Shown: in pieces, positions 19,901 through 28,859 of the stretch | How the letters are laid out: every line of letters starts with the position of its first letter | Numbering within the stretch: the first letter of the stretch is position 1 | DNA from: a virus | Taxonomy: Duplodnaviria > Caudoviricetes | DNA length: 43,531 nucleotides | Strand: one strand, 5' to 3' | Virus record (IMG/VR): IMGVR_UViG_3300016474_000106 | Span: 1-43,531 of that record | Notes under the pieces: generated by a model | Told to the model about the DNA's origin: nothing | The model's database searches: none | Seen by the model: only the letters and a program-made list of their open reading frames with translations | Position numbers and translations under genes: made by a program

Positions 19901-22019
19901 CACTGTAAATAGTGAACTTGTGCGCCGTGGTAAACTTGCTGACATGCTTCCTGAAACACGAGCAGAGAACGTGTTGGAAGACTATCTGCAATTCCATGCC
20001 AAGGGTGAGGAGAAGCTCGTAAGGACAGCAGCAGAAGTTCGCAACAGTCAGTTCTTTGCAGAGCTTGGATTCCTGTCGCGGACTTTCCGCAAAGAATCAG
20101 AGTCCGTTACTCGTGGACTTGGCAGCCGCTTCCGATCTAAAGTTGCAGATCCGTTCGGAGACTACATCAAGACTGCATTGGATATTTCCAAGCAGCAGGA
20201 GTTTCCGCTCCTGGACAGCCTGAATGAGTTTGTTGACAAGGTTGGCAAGCAGGCAGGTGAAGCATTTGAGCGTGGTTTCCGCGATGCAAAAGCTGGCTTG
20301 ATCTCCTGGGAAGATGCAAACTTTCTGATGGAACAATATGGTATGCGTGGTGTGTACCATAACATGGATCAGCACCTGACTGCTAACGAGCGCTATCCGC
20401 GAAATCTTATTCGTGAGGGGCTGCAGAAAGCTAACTTGTTGCTGGCAGGTGTCACGCTGCGGCTCGACTTTGCAAACAGCTTGCTGAACATCATCTCCAC
20501 ACCTATTATGCTTGGCACAGAGCTGTCAAGTATTAAGCAGCGACTCAAGACTGGTGATCCCATGCTTGGAAAGCTGAATGAGTTGATGAGTGTCAAGGTG
20601 CCAGGTCGAGATGTGCGCGCTCCCAGCATGATGCCACGACTGTCTGATGCAATCAACAACTTCTTTGGCCCGCGCAAAGAGGAGCTGATTGGCCGCTATC
20701 GCAAGATTGGTGCCATCAAGGAAATCAGCCAACTATATCATGAGGTTCTTGATGACCTTAGCTTTAGACCTCACAATGCAAAGGCTTGGATCAACAGACT
20801 TGAGGCCGGCATTGAGAAAGGATCTAAGTTTACTGGTAACAACTTCTCTGAAGAACTGACTCGCTTCATCTCTGCAGACACCATGCGCCAACTGACTGAT
20901 CCACTTGTGGAAGCAGGACGCATGTCTATCAAGGAGCAAGATGCATATATTGCCACATTTGTGAACCGGGTGCAGGGCAACTATGTTACCAGTCAGCGGC
21001 CCATTGTATTCCAGGGCACAACTGGTGCAGCTATCTCCCTGTTCCAAACCTACACGTTCAACGTGCTTCAGCAACTCCATAGGCATATGGAAGCTGGAGA
21101 CAAGAAAACGTTGCTAATGTTTGCAGGCTTGCAAGGTAGCATCTTTGGCTTGAATGGTCTGCCATTCTTTGATGCTGTCAACACGCACCTAATTGGCAGT
21201 CTGGTTGCAGGTAATCCTGAGCACAAGGATTTGTATAACACACTTCCTAGCTTCAACAAGGAACTCGGTGATTGGATGCTGTACGGTACAGCTTCTGCCT
21301 TCCCGCTATTTGGCGGCAGTAGTCCTGCACTGTATACTCGTGGTGATATGAACCCGCGCCATATTACTATGATCCCGGTCAATCCTCTGGATGTTCCTGC
21401 TGTCAGCGCAAGCATTCGACTTATTGATGCCATCACTGGTATGGGTAAGAATATAATGCAAGGCGCTGATGTGAGTGATGCGTTGCTGAAAGGACTGGAA
21501 CACCAAGGCTTGAACAGGCCACTGGCAGGGTTTGCACAGTTGCTTGCAGGACGAACTACTACCAGCCAAGGCGCATTGGTAAGTGCGGCCAATGACATGG
21601 AAACTACAAGTCTGATGGCCACTGTTGCAGATCGCTTCACCAATTTCGGTGGAGTTGCAAGGCTGATGGGCGCTAGGCCAATGGACGAGTCCATTGCACT
21701 GACTACTCTGTATCGCCAGAAGCAGTATCAAGCAATGGATCGTGCAAGGCTGGAGCGTCTAGGAGAAGTTGTCAAGACCAAACTATATGACAATGAAGTA
21801 CCGACTGATGAGGAGCTTGAAGATTTCATGCTGCGCTATACACGCAGTGGCGGAAGAATTGAGAACTTCAGTCAGGCCATGCAACGTTGGAGCAGAGATG
21901 CAAACGTGTCTACTGTGAACCAGCTTGCTGGTAAACTTAGCAGTCCGTATGCACAGACGCTTCAGACTATCATGGGTGGCGAACGACTAACAGACTATAT
22001 GTCACAACCTGAGGAGTAA
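16947..22019 (+). CDS. Large internal virion/DNA ejection protein
   Basis: 1690 aa; GGAGG RBS; QG.Y....RP..FQG..G..I.LFQTY C-terminal motif typical of large podoviral core proteins. Confidence 0.7.
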   Translation: MDIFEHPIATAADTTDMQAGTLTRISEAVTKGTPAAVVSGALGIYNTFLDYTGQDMLDTEQTVRRFAGDEVGDYYAEHKAGADLVGFIGSSLLPMTIGTKGLQLARSGTAVGNFGRGLGLTASRKEYWLKEALKETAENGGTVKNILQSSARRKQLGWEVADQALIGTAQELAIVAMMNDNPIFDGDSLGDFAWNAALGTTLAGTIGGGLGSLATKGILKSASRDIQAELRLVDTIYDPAQLGLKTKGTEISAYLSDMLSKPEGLQNIGFKFTYDGKRYEEVLDIGPAINAARAKAQKQAQDEIAIRFNELAAGDASIGQAYSAFVKSGISAAREAGKSPDEIVELLHGYLNNVERIEAVDLDRMALDARKFYINLKPTGDTALEKLSNAFSKERSKKTSQQAYMLADEVTAADLEVVRMDQLGVGKVKDAFKLAPEADAVQLLDGSFRFNPASKKVLAYRETPHTVRMFVDLETGTLTPQTVPVFGDLIKNGKFIDAIDYISAGSFKQRVSGAFVSKIDAPPIEGSARFAWASRRSISELYKVTRGIVNAKDLPVLQRLVELESSHFDTVKKFKFMEGSKEAPYEELVSLRAYVEEARLDILQGQLEKLGKAGKAVETRIIAANLGTTREWVEETISNGFNPLVHNQALRESGILPTEAALTPRNVAVQWNFGVVSKMVPEDAYRMNMGPSHLATMELSTHYQLAVRRSVQDNAVNSVLGEDADLIIDLEKFSSGKDPLSRAATEQGAGATTFGAANADYGNKAALGSQELGKNVSLLKQRRRDAVVETLSPHVNAIRESPEAAAELGILTTALRKSPMRYVVDPDGEQRLISTEAISAAKRANMTVDEILDTLTGDMPHVFGVNSEAVFEFVKAHTAINHQRRNKLTTLYNARGMNMAKHGDEPIVYVPPINTVRYPYHAFVKPKTKVGLASDTGMITARSEQQLRELADSLREDFDVFFKADTDNYFKAKGEYDYSLTLNEGTVNSELVRRGKLADMLPETRAENVLEDYLQFHAKGEEKLVRTAAEVRNSQFFAELGFLSRTFRKESESVTRGLGSRFRSKVADPFGDYIKTALDISKQQEFPLLDSLNEFVDKVGKQAGEAFERGFRDAKAGLISWEDANFLMEQYGMRGVYHNMDQHLTANERYPRNLIREGLQKANLLLAGVTLRLDFANSLLNIISTPIMLGTELSSIKQRLKTGDPMLGKLNELMSVKVPGRDVRAPSMMPRLSDAINNFFGPRKEELIGRYRKIGAIKEISQLYHEVLDDLSFRPHNAKAWINRLEAGIEKGSKFTGNNFSEELTRFISADTMRQLTDPLVEAGRMSIKEQDAYIATFVNRVQGNYVTSQRPIVFQGTTGAAISLFQTYTFNVLQQLHRHMEAGDKKTLLMFAGLQGSIFGLNGLPFFDAVNTHLIGSLVAGNPEHKDLYNTLPSFNKELGDWMLYGTASAFPLFGGSSPALYTRGDMNPRHITMIPVNPLDVPAVSASIRLIDAITGMGKNIMQGADVSDALLKGLEHQGLNRPLAGFAQLLAGRTTTSQGALVSAANDMETTSLMATVADRFTNFGGVARLMGARPMDESIALTTLYRQKQYQAMDRARLERLGEVVKTKLYDNEVPTDEELEDFMLRYTRSGGRIENFSQAMQRWSRDANVSTVNQLAGKLSSPYAQTLQTIMGGERLTDYMSQPEE

Positions 22020-22022
22020 ACT

Positions 22023-22643
22023 ATGACAATCCCCGCTGGTTATAAATGTAATCAGTGGGGCTGGTTTTGGAAAGAAGATGACAATTCCGGCCCTTATTTT
22101 CTTGACCGCAGTGGCAACATGTGTCAAGGATTTCCTAGTCGATTTATTACTGATGGAGATGGAGCATACGGAAGGCTTCGGGTAGATGTTGGACAGACTG
22201 GATTCTTTGCAGGCAGAACCTTCAAAGCATTTCAGAAGCTATCCATTGCAGCCCTTGGAACGGCATCCATTCGCATAACTGTCCCAGTCAATGTAATTGT
22301 GCGAGATGTTAGCTTCTCTGTAGAAGATTCTACTTGTGAGATCACTCGCAGATTTGACGGAACTGCCGCAGGGCCGTGGACTTCTATTCCAGTGTTTCGC
22401 ATGAACACCATGACAGAAGCTCCTATATTGACTAATCAGGTCATGCTGGACTATGATGGTGCACACACTGGAGGAACTATTACAGACTTGGTGCGCATTA
22501 CTGCCGGTAACAAGGATGCCGCAGCTTCTACACAATCCAGTGAACGTGGCGTAGGTCCAGGTACTTATTATTGGGTTGTGGAAAACGTAGGAAACCAAAC
22601 AGCTACTGTAGTATTCTCAGCTATCTGGGAAGAACGCCCATAA
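22023..22643 (+). CDS. Hypothetical beta-rich protein, possibly virion
   Basis: 206 aa; GAGGAG RBS; RLRVDVGQTGFF motif; last gene of the + arm. Confidence 0.7.
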   Translation: MTIPAGYKCNQWGWFWKEDDNSGPYFLDRSGNMCQGFPSRFITDGDGAYGRLRVDVGQTGFFAGRTFKAFQKLSIAALGTASIRITVPVNVIVRDVSFSVEDSTCEITRRFDGTAAGPWTSIPVFRMNTMTEAPILTNQVMLDYDGAHTGGTITDLVRITAGNKDAAASTQSSERGVGPGTYYWVVENVGNQTATVVFSAIWEERP

Positions 22644-22655
22644 AAAGTATGGACG

Positions 22656-22697
22656 AAAAAAGACCCCGTCATCCTTTCGGATGCGGGGCTTTTGTTT
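22656..22697. terminator. Bidirectional terminator at convergence of the two arms
   Basis: A6-CCCCG.CATCC-tttc-GGATG-CGGGG-CTTTTGTTT. Confidence 0.8.
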
Positions 22698-22947
22698 ATC
22701 TAGCACTCTGTGCTTCTTCTCGGATCACATATTTATGGCCTACATCAGCATGCTTGCAATCCTTACAACCGCTATCTGTATTGCTTAGATCGTAGCGACA
22801 CTCATGAGACATGCGGAATGGAAAAGCTGATCCATGCTCCTGAGAAACTACCATTTCCTTGAAGCGATATGGCCTGTTCCAACATCCATATCTGCAGTCA
22901 GTATTCCGAACACCGTGAGGATGAACTGGATAATCAATTACTGGCAT
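22696..22947 (-). CDS. Small Cys-rich hypothetical protein
   Basis: 83 aa; YGC.NR...MS.ECRY...D.GC..C pattern. Confidence 0.65.
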   Translation of the reverse strand: MPVIDYPVHPHGVRNTDCRYGCWNRPYRFKEMVVSQEHGSAFPFRMSHECRYDLSNTDSGCKDCKHADVGHKYVIREEAQSAR

Positions 22948-23282
22948 AGAAGTCCAGAGAATGGATTGTTAACTGCGCGCACTGATCTCTTGTGTTTGAG
23001 TTTTGCTGCATGTCTGTCCCTGTAGTTTTGTTGCCAAACTTTATTGCCAAGAGCTGGAGGACGCGGCGCATCAACTTGCCGATTCGTGCGAAGTGCCCAA
23101 ACTCGCGCAAGCTGTAAACCAGTACGCTCCCAGCTCTTGACAAATATTACTTTATCAGCATGAAGCCTTCTCAAGCATTCAGTCATATAAGCCTTAGAGC
23201 ATCCAATCTCAGCAAGTAGATCTAGATAGTTCATTGGCCCCATAGTTGAAAGTAGTGACACGACTTCATCCCTTACAATCAC
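22938..23282 (-). CDS. Putative winged-HTH DNA-binding protein
   Basis: GTG start after AAGGAG; GPM...DL..EIG.SK......LRRL....I pattern, basic C-terminus. Confidence 0.55.
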   Translation of the reverse strand: MIVRDEVVSLLSTMGPMNYLDLLAEIGCSKAYMTECLRRLHADKVIFVKSWERTGLQLARVWALRTNRQVDAPRPPALGNKVWQQNYRDRHAAKLKHKRSVRAVNNPFSGLLCQ

Positions 23283-23875
23283 TTCATGCGCTCCTTTAAC
23301 AGTGCTGCAATTCGCGGCTCTGGCCTCCAATAGCCTGGACCTTTCAATACCTTGCCTCGCTCATCATAGATAGGCTTTCCATCTTCTCCAATCTTTGACA
23401 TATTGGATGCCATGATGATGCCAAGAATTTCATTGATTGGCAGTCCAAACTTTCTCATCTCACTGGCGCAATAAACTTGCAGATCGCCAAGCCAGTCAGC
23501 AAGCTCAGTCAGAACTTCCAGCATTGTACGATCTGGATCACGCACTGCCATGCGAATAGCATCTACTTCATTGAGTTCTTCAAAGAAGATACTGTAGACT
23601 TTCTCTAGGTACACGTCAAGCTGTTCGCGGACAGATGTAGAGCCGCTAGGTGTAAAGACTGGCAAGCGCGGGATGCCAGGAGCCTCTAGCGCCGGCAGTC
23701 CATACATCTTGTTGAAGTCAGTAATCTTGTCCTCAAAAGATTTACCTTCCTCTAGTCGCGCTGTGACTGCCTTAACTCCATCTACTGTGTAGGCACGATG
23801 TGCAAGGAAGTCTACAAGGTTTGGATGCAGAGTGTCTGCTTCAATCTCAATGGTAATGGTGTGCTTAGTAGTCAT
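23279..23875 (-). CDS. MazG-like / PRA-PH family nucleotide pyrophosphohydrolase
   Basis: EELNE, ELADWLGD, SNMSK.G.DGKP.YDE.GKVLKGPGY..P motifs. Confidence 0.88.
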   Translation of the reverse strand: MTTKHTITIEIEADTLHPNLVDFLAHRAYTVDGVKAVTARLEEGKSFEDKITDFNKMYGLPALEAPGIPRLPVFTPSGSTSVREQLDVYLEKVYSIFFEELNEVDAIRMAVRDPDRTMLEVLTELADWLGDLQVYCASEMRKFGLPINEILGIIMASNMSKIGEDGKPIYDERGKVLKGPGYWRPEPRIAALLKERMK

Positions 23876-23878
23876 TGC

Positions 23879-24157
23879 TTATTCTCCTGTTGCTTTGGCA
23901 ATTGCTGCGCGGGCTGCATTGACGTCGGCGCGGGAGATACGGTTGTCAGGGTTGCCGAGCAGAAACAGGACAGCGTTGAGCAGATCCGGCGCGGCGGCGA
24001 TCAACCTGGCATTGGCCTCCTGAGCAAACGCAGCCATTGTGCTGCTATCCATCCGACAAATATCGCGGGTAATGTATCCGTCGCCTGGTTTGTGTACTAT
24101 GTACTTGTAGCCTCGATCATCCAGTGTCCAAGGTCCTGGCGTGTGCTTAGTAGTCAT
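23879..24157 (-). CDS. Hypothetical protein of the widespread HTPGPW...NARLIAAAPDLL phage family
   Basis: Signature motifs; AAGGAG RBS; flanked by a 17-bp direct repeat. Confidence 0.8.
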   Translation of the reverse strand: MTTKHTPGPWTLDDRGYKYIVHKPGDGYITRDICRMDSSTMAAFAQEANARLIAAAPDLLNAVLFLLGNPDNRISRADVNAARAAIAKATGE

Positions 24158-24422
24158 GTGCAAACTCCTTCAAATGCTTGTCAATGTCAAGTTGGTGTTG
24201 ATCGCAATCTTTCACAGAGCATTTAGCATCTAGCCATGTAGCTCTGTAACCTTTGCGATCCAGAATGTCGTAGGTGTGAGGGCAAGAATCTTCAGGCTCC
24301 CAATTATCTGGATGCCCTCGTGTATATGCTGGCTCATAGTAACCGACTTCTGTGACTCCTAGCTTGCAAGGAATTCCAGCAACGTGAGAGTCAACAATAA
24401 GTCTATAGTCTTTTGGCTTCAT
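24147..24422 (-). CDS. Hypothetical protein
   Basis: 91 aa; VAGIPC...ILDRKGY.A.WL motif; ATGA overlap with upstream gene. Confidence 0.75.
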   Translation of the reverse strand: MKPKDYRLIVDSHVAGIPCKLGVTEVGYYEPAYTRGHPDNWEPEDSCPHTYDILDRKGYRATWLDAKCSVKDCDQHQLDIDKHLKEFAHDY

Positions 24423-25687
24423 GATCTATTTGCCTCTTTCAACAGTGAATAGTCAACGTACACATTCTTATCACTCAACATCTTGCGAACAATCAGATAG
24501 CCTTGCACGTTAGAAGTCTTGCCCCGTGGAACGTATTGAATCTTGCCACCTTGCATTAGGCCAGCAAGAAGTTTGTTCAAGTCCTCTGGCTTGTCAAGGT
24601 CAGATTGAACTTGTTTCCACAGTGCAGGAACATCTAATGGACTCTTGGCTTCTGCAAGTACGGAGATGATCCGCGCTGCTACGTCTGCGTTCTTTGCTTT
24701 TCCGAACTCTCCCATTGCGTTGGGCATTTTGTGCTCTGTGAATGTGAGTAAGGTATTAGCAAATAACACATCTTCTGCCCTGATCTCTCTCCGTATGTTA
24801 CTAGCTGCGGTGAGGAGACAGAGCTTGAGTAGATGCGTAAAACGTCTGGTGGAATAGTGTTTAAATCTAGCATCTTCCAATCCTTCAAATGTTCGATAGA
24901 TAACCTCAAGCATATTGCGTGCCTGACTTGACATGGTTGCTTCCCCATGTATATCTGCACGAATAGTCTCAAGTGTGTTGATGATGCTAGTTTTCAGCAG
25001 CTCATCTGGACGCTCAGGAAATGCAATCTTCTTGTTGGTGCTTTCACCATAGACTAGAATAAGCCTGGATAGAAAGCCTTGACCAATAGCCTGCGGCGGG
25101 AATGCTTCTGCAAATCCTGCATGCGTATTGCCAGCCAGAATGTTGATTGTAGGCTGGTAGATGTTTACACTTCTCGAAGTCTTGAGTCGCTGCTTGAACG
25201 GAGCATCAGGGTTATCCCAATCCCACAAGCTGCCAAGCAAGGAAAGAAACTCAAGGTTGCTAGAGCCAACGAACTCATTGAACTCGTCAGCAGTAATGAA
25301 AACTTCTTTGGGATCTCCGCCGGCGGCTTCATCTCCAAATAGGTTCTGCATCACACTGTCTTTAGTTACCTTGCCTTCGTCATCTTCTACACCTTCCAAG
25401 TCCAGCAGGAACTTCTCTTTTGAAGTACGCTCCGCACTGAACTTGTCATAGCCCGCAGATGCGATGACCTTCTTCGCCATCTTAATTGCTGTTGACTTGC
25501 GCGTTCCGGGATCACCTAGCAGCATTATATACTGATTAGGAAAGATGTTGAATTCACCGAATGGAAGATAGAACTGCCTGCCAAGCATTGCACCTAAGCA
25601 GGACAGTATGCTCCACCTATGAAAGATCATAGGAGATTCAGTCTTTTCAACGTATTGAAAATAGGATTCAAACAGTGGAGTAGTCAA
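24419..25687 (-). CDS. DUF3987-type AAA+ ATPase, candidate replicative helicase
   Basis: Walker A GDPGTRKST, Walker B ITADEF, GFLSR arginine finger, C-terminal wHTH-like region. Confidence 0.75.
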   Translation of the reverse strand: MTTPLFESYFQYVEKTESPMIFHRWSILSCLGAMLGRQFYLPFGEFNIFPNQYIMLLGDPGTRKSTAIKMAKKVIASAGYDKFSAERTSKEKFLLDLEGVEDDEGKVTKDSVMQNLFGDEAAGGDPKEVFITADEFNEFVGSSNLEFLSLLGSLWDWDNPDAPFKQRLKTSRSVNIYQPTINILAGNTHAGFAEAFPPQAIGQGFLSRLILVYGESTNKKIAFPERPDELLKTSIINTLETIRADIHGEATMSSQARNMLEVIYRTFEGLEDARFKHYSTRRFTHLLKLCLLTAASNIRREIRAEDVLFANTLLTFTEHKMPNAMGEFGKAKNADVAARIISVLAEAKSPLDVPALWKQVQSDLDKPEDLNKLLAGLMQGGKIQYVPRGKTSNVQGYLIVRKMLSDKNVYVDYSLLKEANRS

Positions 25688-26148
25688 GGTATGTACCTCT
25701 TTTTATGATCTGCGTACATACGCTCTGCAACAGCTCTGTCTTTATGTTGCCCTATGTGAGTCTTTACTCCTTGATAGGATATGGATGCCACCCATACTTT
25801 GTCTCTATGTGCCCAATACACTCCAGAGGTGACTTCTCGATTATGACAGTTATCAGAGCAGCTAACATCTCTAAGATTCTCCCAACGGTTGTCTGCAGGA
25901 TTCCTATTGATATGGTCAATAGATTCCGCAGGCCAATCTCCAGTCATCCACAGCCATATCAGGCGATGTACGTAGTACAGGGTAGGGCCAATGCGAACTA
26001 CTAGGTAACCACTAGCATTTCTGCATCCGACCTCCTGTCCGCATATAGCCCTAGAACTGGTGGTTAGCTTTCTCACCAACTTACCAGTTTCTGGGGTATA
26101 ATCAAAAAGCTTTCTTACCTCATCATAGGTTATTTTAGATCTCCCCAT
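25684..26148 (-). CDS. HNH homing endonuclease with AP2-like C-terminus
   Basis: HRLIW...IDHINRNP.DNR..NLR; start MGRSK after AGGAG, overlapping the polymerase stop. Confidence 0.88.
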   Translation of the reverse strand: MGRSKITYDEVRKLFDYTPETGKLVRKLTTSSRAICGQEVGCRNASGYLVVRIGPTLYYVHRLIWLWMTGDWPAESIDHINRNPADNRWENLRDVSCSDNCHNREVTSGVYWAHRDKVWVASISYQGVKTHIGQHKDRAVAERMYADHKKRYIP

Positions 26149-28343
26149 GAAGTTTCTCCTGAGTTCATGTCCGAAGGAATTAGCATTGTGCGCGTTACTC
26201 CATGTGGATCGCGTACTGGTATAGGATAGCGCATCATCTCTTGCACAGCTTTTGGCGAATCCTCCGTATTGTAGCAATATAATATGGAATCGTGAATCTG
26301 TGCTTTCAGCCTTACTTTCCCTCGCAATTCCCCGTACATCGTACTGTGCCACAGCCTGTAGAACACTTTATTCAATACGCCGGAGTTCAAGTTCTGAGGT
26401 CCGTGGGCAACTGCGGCATTCATTGCTGGCTTTGATACGGTAGGATCTGAAAAGAAATAGCGGGTCCAGCCTAGCGGACTTGTAAGTTTCTTCTTCAGCT
26501 TTATTGTACGCTTAATATCGTCGTACCAATCTCGCTTAACTTCCGGATATGCAAGCTCATAAGTCTTTAGAAGATGCTGGCACACTTGCGTCAAACTCCA
26601 TTTTGCTGGAAGTTTCAGCAGCAGCCTAGCTTCTGCCACTGCTTTAGCCCCCATGGTTTCCAACAACACCGCAGGTCCCATACAATAGTTTGCTCCATGG
26701 CCTACGCGCTTTGCAAGCTGTCGCAGATCTTTTGTTATCTGCTCATATGGCACACCAAAAAATTTGTGGGCATTCCAGCTATGATAATCTTTGTCTGATT
26801 CTACAAGATCTATCAATGCCATGCATCCTGACATGTATCCAACACATCTGGCCTCTGCTTGTGAGAAGTCGCATTCACCAATCTTGTAGCCAGGATCTGC
26901 AACAATATAGTTTTTAACTCCTCCCTTTGCAGGGATATTTTGGATTTGTAACCCTGTCCAGAAACTGGATTCTGTAGATGCCATACGGCCAGTATCAGTT
27001 CCTGCCGGGTTGGTTTTGTAGTAGAGTCTGCCATTCCAGAACTTCTCCCATTTGAAATATGTGGACAAGAGTTTGGCTTGCTTGCGATATGCAAGTATCT
27101 CGGAGACAATGCGTTCATTGAACGGATGCACAGCAGCACAGGCCACCATTGCTTTGGAGTCTGCACTATCTAAGTCTCCCATCCCAAGAACTTTTAACAG
27201 TCGCTTGCATTGGTCTGGAGATCCCGGATTAAACGCTTCGCCAAACCACGCCGACAGCTTTTTCCTGTGAAGTTCCAGCTTCGTCTCTGCTGCTTGTCGT
27301 GCACTATCAAATCGCTCACGATCAAGTGAGAGTCCGTCAGCTTCCATGTGAAGGCAAGGGAACACAAGTGGGAACTCAAGCAGATAGTTACTTCTTGCCC
27401 AATCAGGGATCTCCAAGATGAGTGCACACCACGAAGTAAGAGTCGCCCAACAGTCGCGGGCGTTATACTCGAACAAGTTGTGTTCGCTTCCTGCTGCATC
27501 ATCTTTCCAATATCGGATGCTTCTAACTGAGAAAGCAGTGATAAAGTCAAGTCGCTTAGGCAGCTCTGAATACCATGCATGGAACAAGTGCTGCGTATCG
27601 TAAAGCCAGTTATTGCATGGTGAATTAAAACGGAGGAAGTACAGGTTGTCATACATTCCATTCTGGAAGATTTTTGGGACATTGTTTGCATTTACGTTAC
27701 GGACAAACTGGTGAGCCAGCATATCCTTATATGGAACAACCACAGAGTGAGTAGTACCGTCAGCAAATAGAGCAGCGTAGCCAACACAATGGATACGTCT
27801 CTTTTCATCCCCAACATAGGTCTCAATGTCAACTGCAAGAAGGACTGCATTGTTTAGTTTTTCTAGGAGAGAAGCTGATGTTGAAGGCTTCCAGACTTCC
27901 CAAGTGAATTGCGTCTGCGGAAACCAACGATCTGGATCTGTGATCTTGCTAACAAAACGCTTAAAGATGAATGGCCCTTCCGGCGTTGATACCAAGTGCT
28001 GAAGCGGATTGAGGATGAGCACTTCAACGCTATGAGTAGTACCAAGTTTTGTCGCCGGGATGCTAAAGAAGCTCCCTGCGTAATCATCGAGAGCAAGCTT
28101 TCTCTTTGATCCCCGCTTATCAACAGGGTGGCGGAAATCTGGCAAGCAGCTGATAAGAGTGACGAGCGTCGTTGCATTTGTGCAGATGATGTGCGTGATG
28201 CCATGAGCTTTGATCTTTGCAGCTATGCTTGTGATGTATTCTTCTGGAGCTAGTTGTACCTTGAGTGCATGAGCGCCAATGATGGGACGAAAGCGATCCA
28301 GATAGGGACGATCTTCAGGGGCGCCAAATAGTGCTAGTTGCAT
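26130..28343 (-). CDS. polA: Family A DNA polymerase with 3'-5' exonuclease
   Basis: ExoI VDIET, ExoII QNGMYD, ExoIII YNARD; TGRMAS, motif A DFSQAE, motif B R..AKRVGHGANY, motif C QIHDS. Confidence 0.95.
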   Translation of the reverse strand: MQLALFGAPEDRPYLDRFRPIIGAHALKVQLAPEEYITSIAAKIKAHGITHIICTNATTLVTLISCLPDFRHPVDKRGSKRKLALDDYAGSFFSIPATKLGTTHSVEVLILNPLQHLVSTPEGPFIFKRFVSKITDPDRWFPQTQFTWEVWKPSTSASLLEKLNNAVLLAVDIETYVGDEKRRIHCVGYAALFADGTTHSVVVPYKDMLAHQFVRNVNANNVPKIFQNGMYDNLYFLRFNSPCNNWLYDTQHLFHAWYSELPKRLDFITAFSVRSIRYWKDDAAGSEHNLFEYNARDCWATLTSWCALILEIPDWARSNYLLEFPLVFPCLHMEADGLSLDRERFDSARQAAETKLELHRKKLSAWFGEAFNPGSPDQCKRLLKVLGMGDLDSADSKAMVACAAVHPFNERIVSEILAYRKQAKLLSTYFKWEKFWNGRLYYKTNPAGTDTGRMASTESSFWTGLQIQNIPAKGGVKNYIVADPGYKIGECDFSQAEARCVGYMSGCMALIDLVESDKDYHSWNAHKFFGVPYEQITKDLRQLAKRVGHGANYCMGPAVLLETMGAKAVAEARLLLKLPAKWSLTQVCQHLLKTYELAYPEVKRDWYDDIKRTIKLKKKLTSPLGWTRYFFSDPTVSKPAMNAAVAHGPQNLNSGVLNKVFYRLWHSTMYGELRGKVRLKAQIHDSILYCYNTEDSPKAVQEMMRYPIPVRDPHGVTRTMLIPSDMNSGETSWGDLK

Positions 28344-28405
28344 GTGTTGCCTTTCACGTTAACAAGAGTTTTGAGTATGCAGTCTTTTCACAAGGCCACA
28401 TACGC

Positions 28406-28430
28406 AAAAGCCCCGGCACAAGGCCGAGGC
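28406..28430 (-). terminator. Intrinsic terminator upstream of polA
   Basis: Minus strand GCCTCGGC-cttgt-GCCGGGGC-TTTT. Confidence 0.65.
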
Positions 28431-28439
28431 ATTCTTTAG

Positions 28440-28859
28440 TTAGACTACTACTGACCACACTTGCTGCTTCTTTACGCGGCAAATTGTGGACTTAGATACG
28501 CTAAACATCTTTGCAAGTTTATCATACGTCAACTGTTTATTGTTGCGTATCTCTCTAACTTGCTCTGGTGTTAATTTTGCCATAGGATTGAGCACAGGAT
28601 TTGGATTGCCTGATGCCCGTCCCTTAGCTCGCATATCTGCATTGTTATCTGCAACAGTGCCAAGTCGCAAATGCTCTGGATTTATGCATGTCCTGTTGTC
28701 GCATATATGCATAACAACTTTACCTTGCATATCTTCCAGAGCTACTCCGTTAGCTTTTGCATATGCTAATCGGTGATGGCCAACAGGCTTACCGCCAAGA
28801 TTTACATAACAGTAGCCTGAAGTGCCAATAGCGTATGTGCTATTTATGCAGTCTGTCAC
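28440..28859 (-). CDS. HNH endonuclease with C-terminal HTH
   Basis: HHRLAY...VMHICDN..CINPEHL.LG...DN..DM..KGR; KLT.EQV.EI HTH. Confidence 0.9.
   Translation of the reverse strand: MTDCINSTYAIGTSGYCYVNLGGKPVGHHRLAYAKANGVALEDMQGKVVMHICDNRTCINPEHLRLGTVADNNADMRAKGRASGNPNPVLNPMAKLTPEQVREIRNNKQLTYDKLAKMFSVSKSTICRVKKQQVWSVVV

Noticed and set aside
15210-21731. Several 100-300 aa antisense ORFs opposite the ejection proteins
   Set aside because: Fully overlap long, well-supported + strand genes and have atypical composition
16947-22019. Virion RNA polymerase (N4-like), given the hairpin elements
   Set aside because: Half the size of N4 vRNAP, and no T7-type or DxDGD catalytic motifs recognised
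26149-26352. N-terminal extension of the 222-aa HNH ORF, or an intron/frameshift in polA
   Set aside because: polA is continuous with all motifs; a good RBS precedes ATG 26148, so the extension is just overlap in another frame
23279-28343. Z-genome (2-aminoadenine) system suggested by MazG-like enzyme plus unusual PolA
   Set aside because: No PurZ or DatZ-like gene and no other base-modification enzyme recognised
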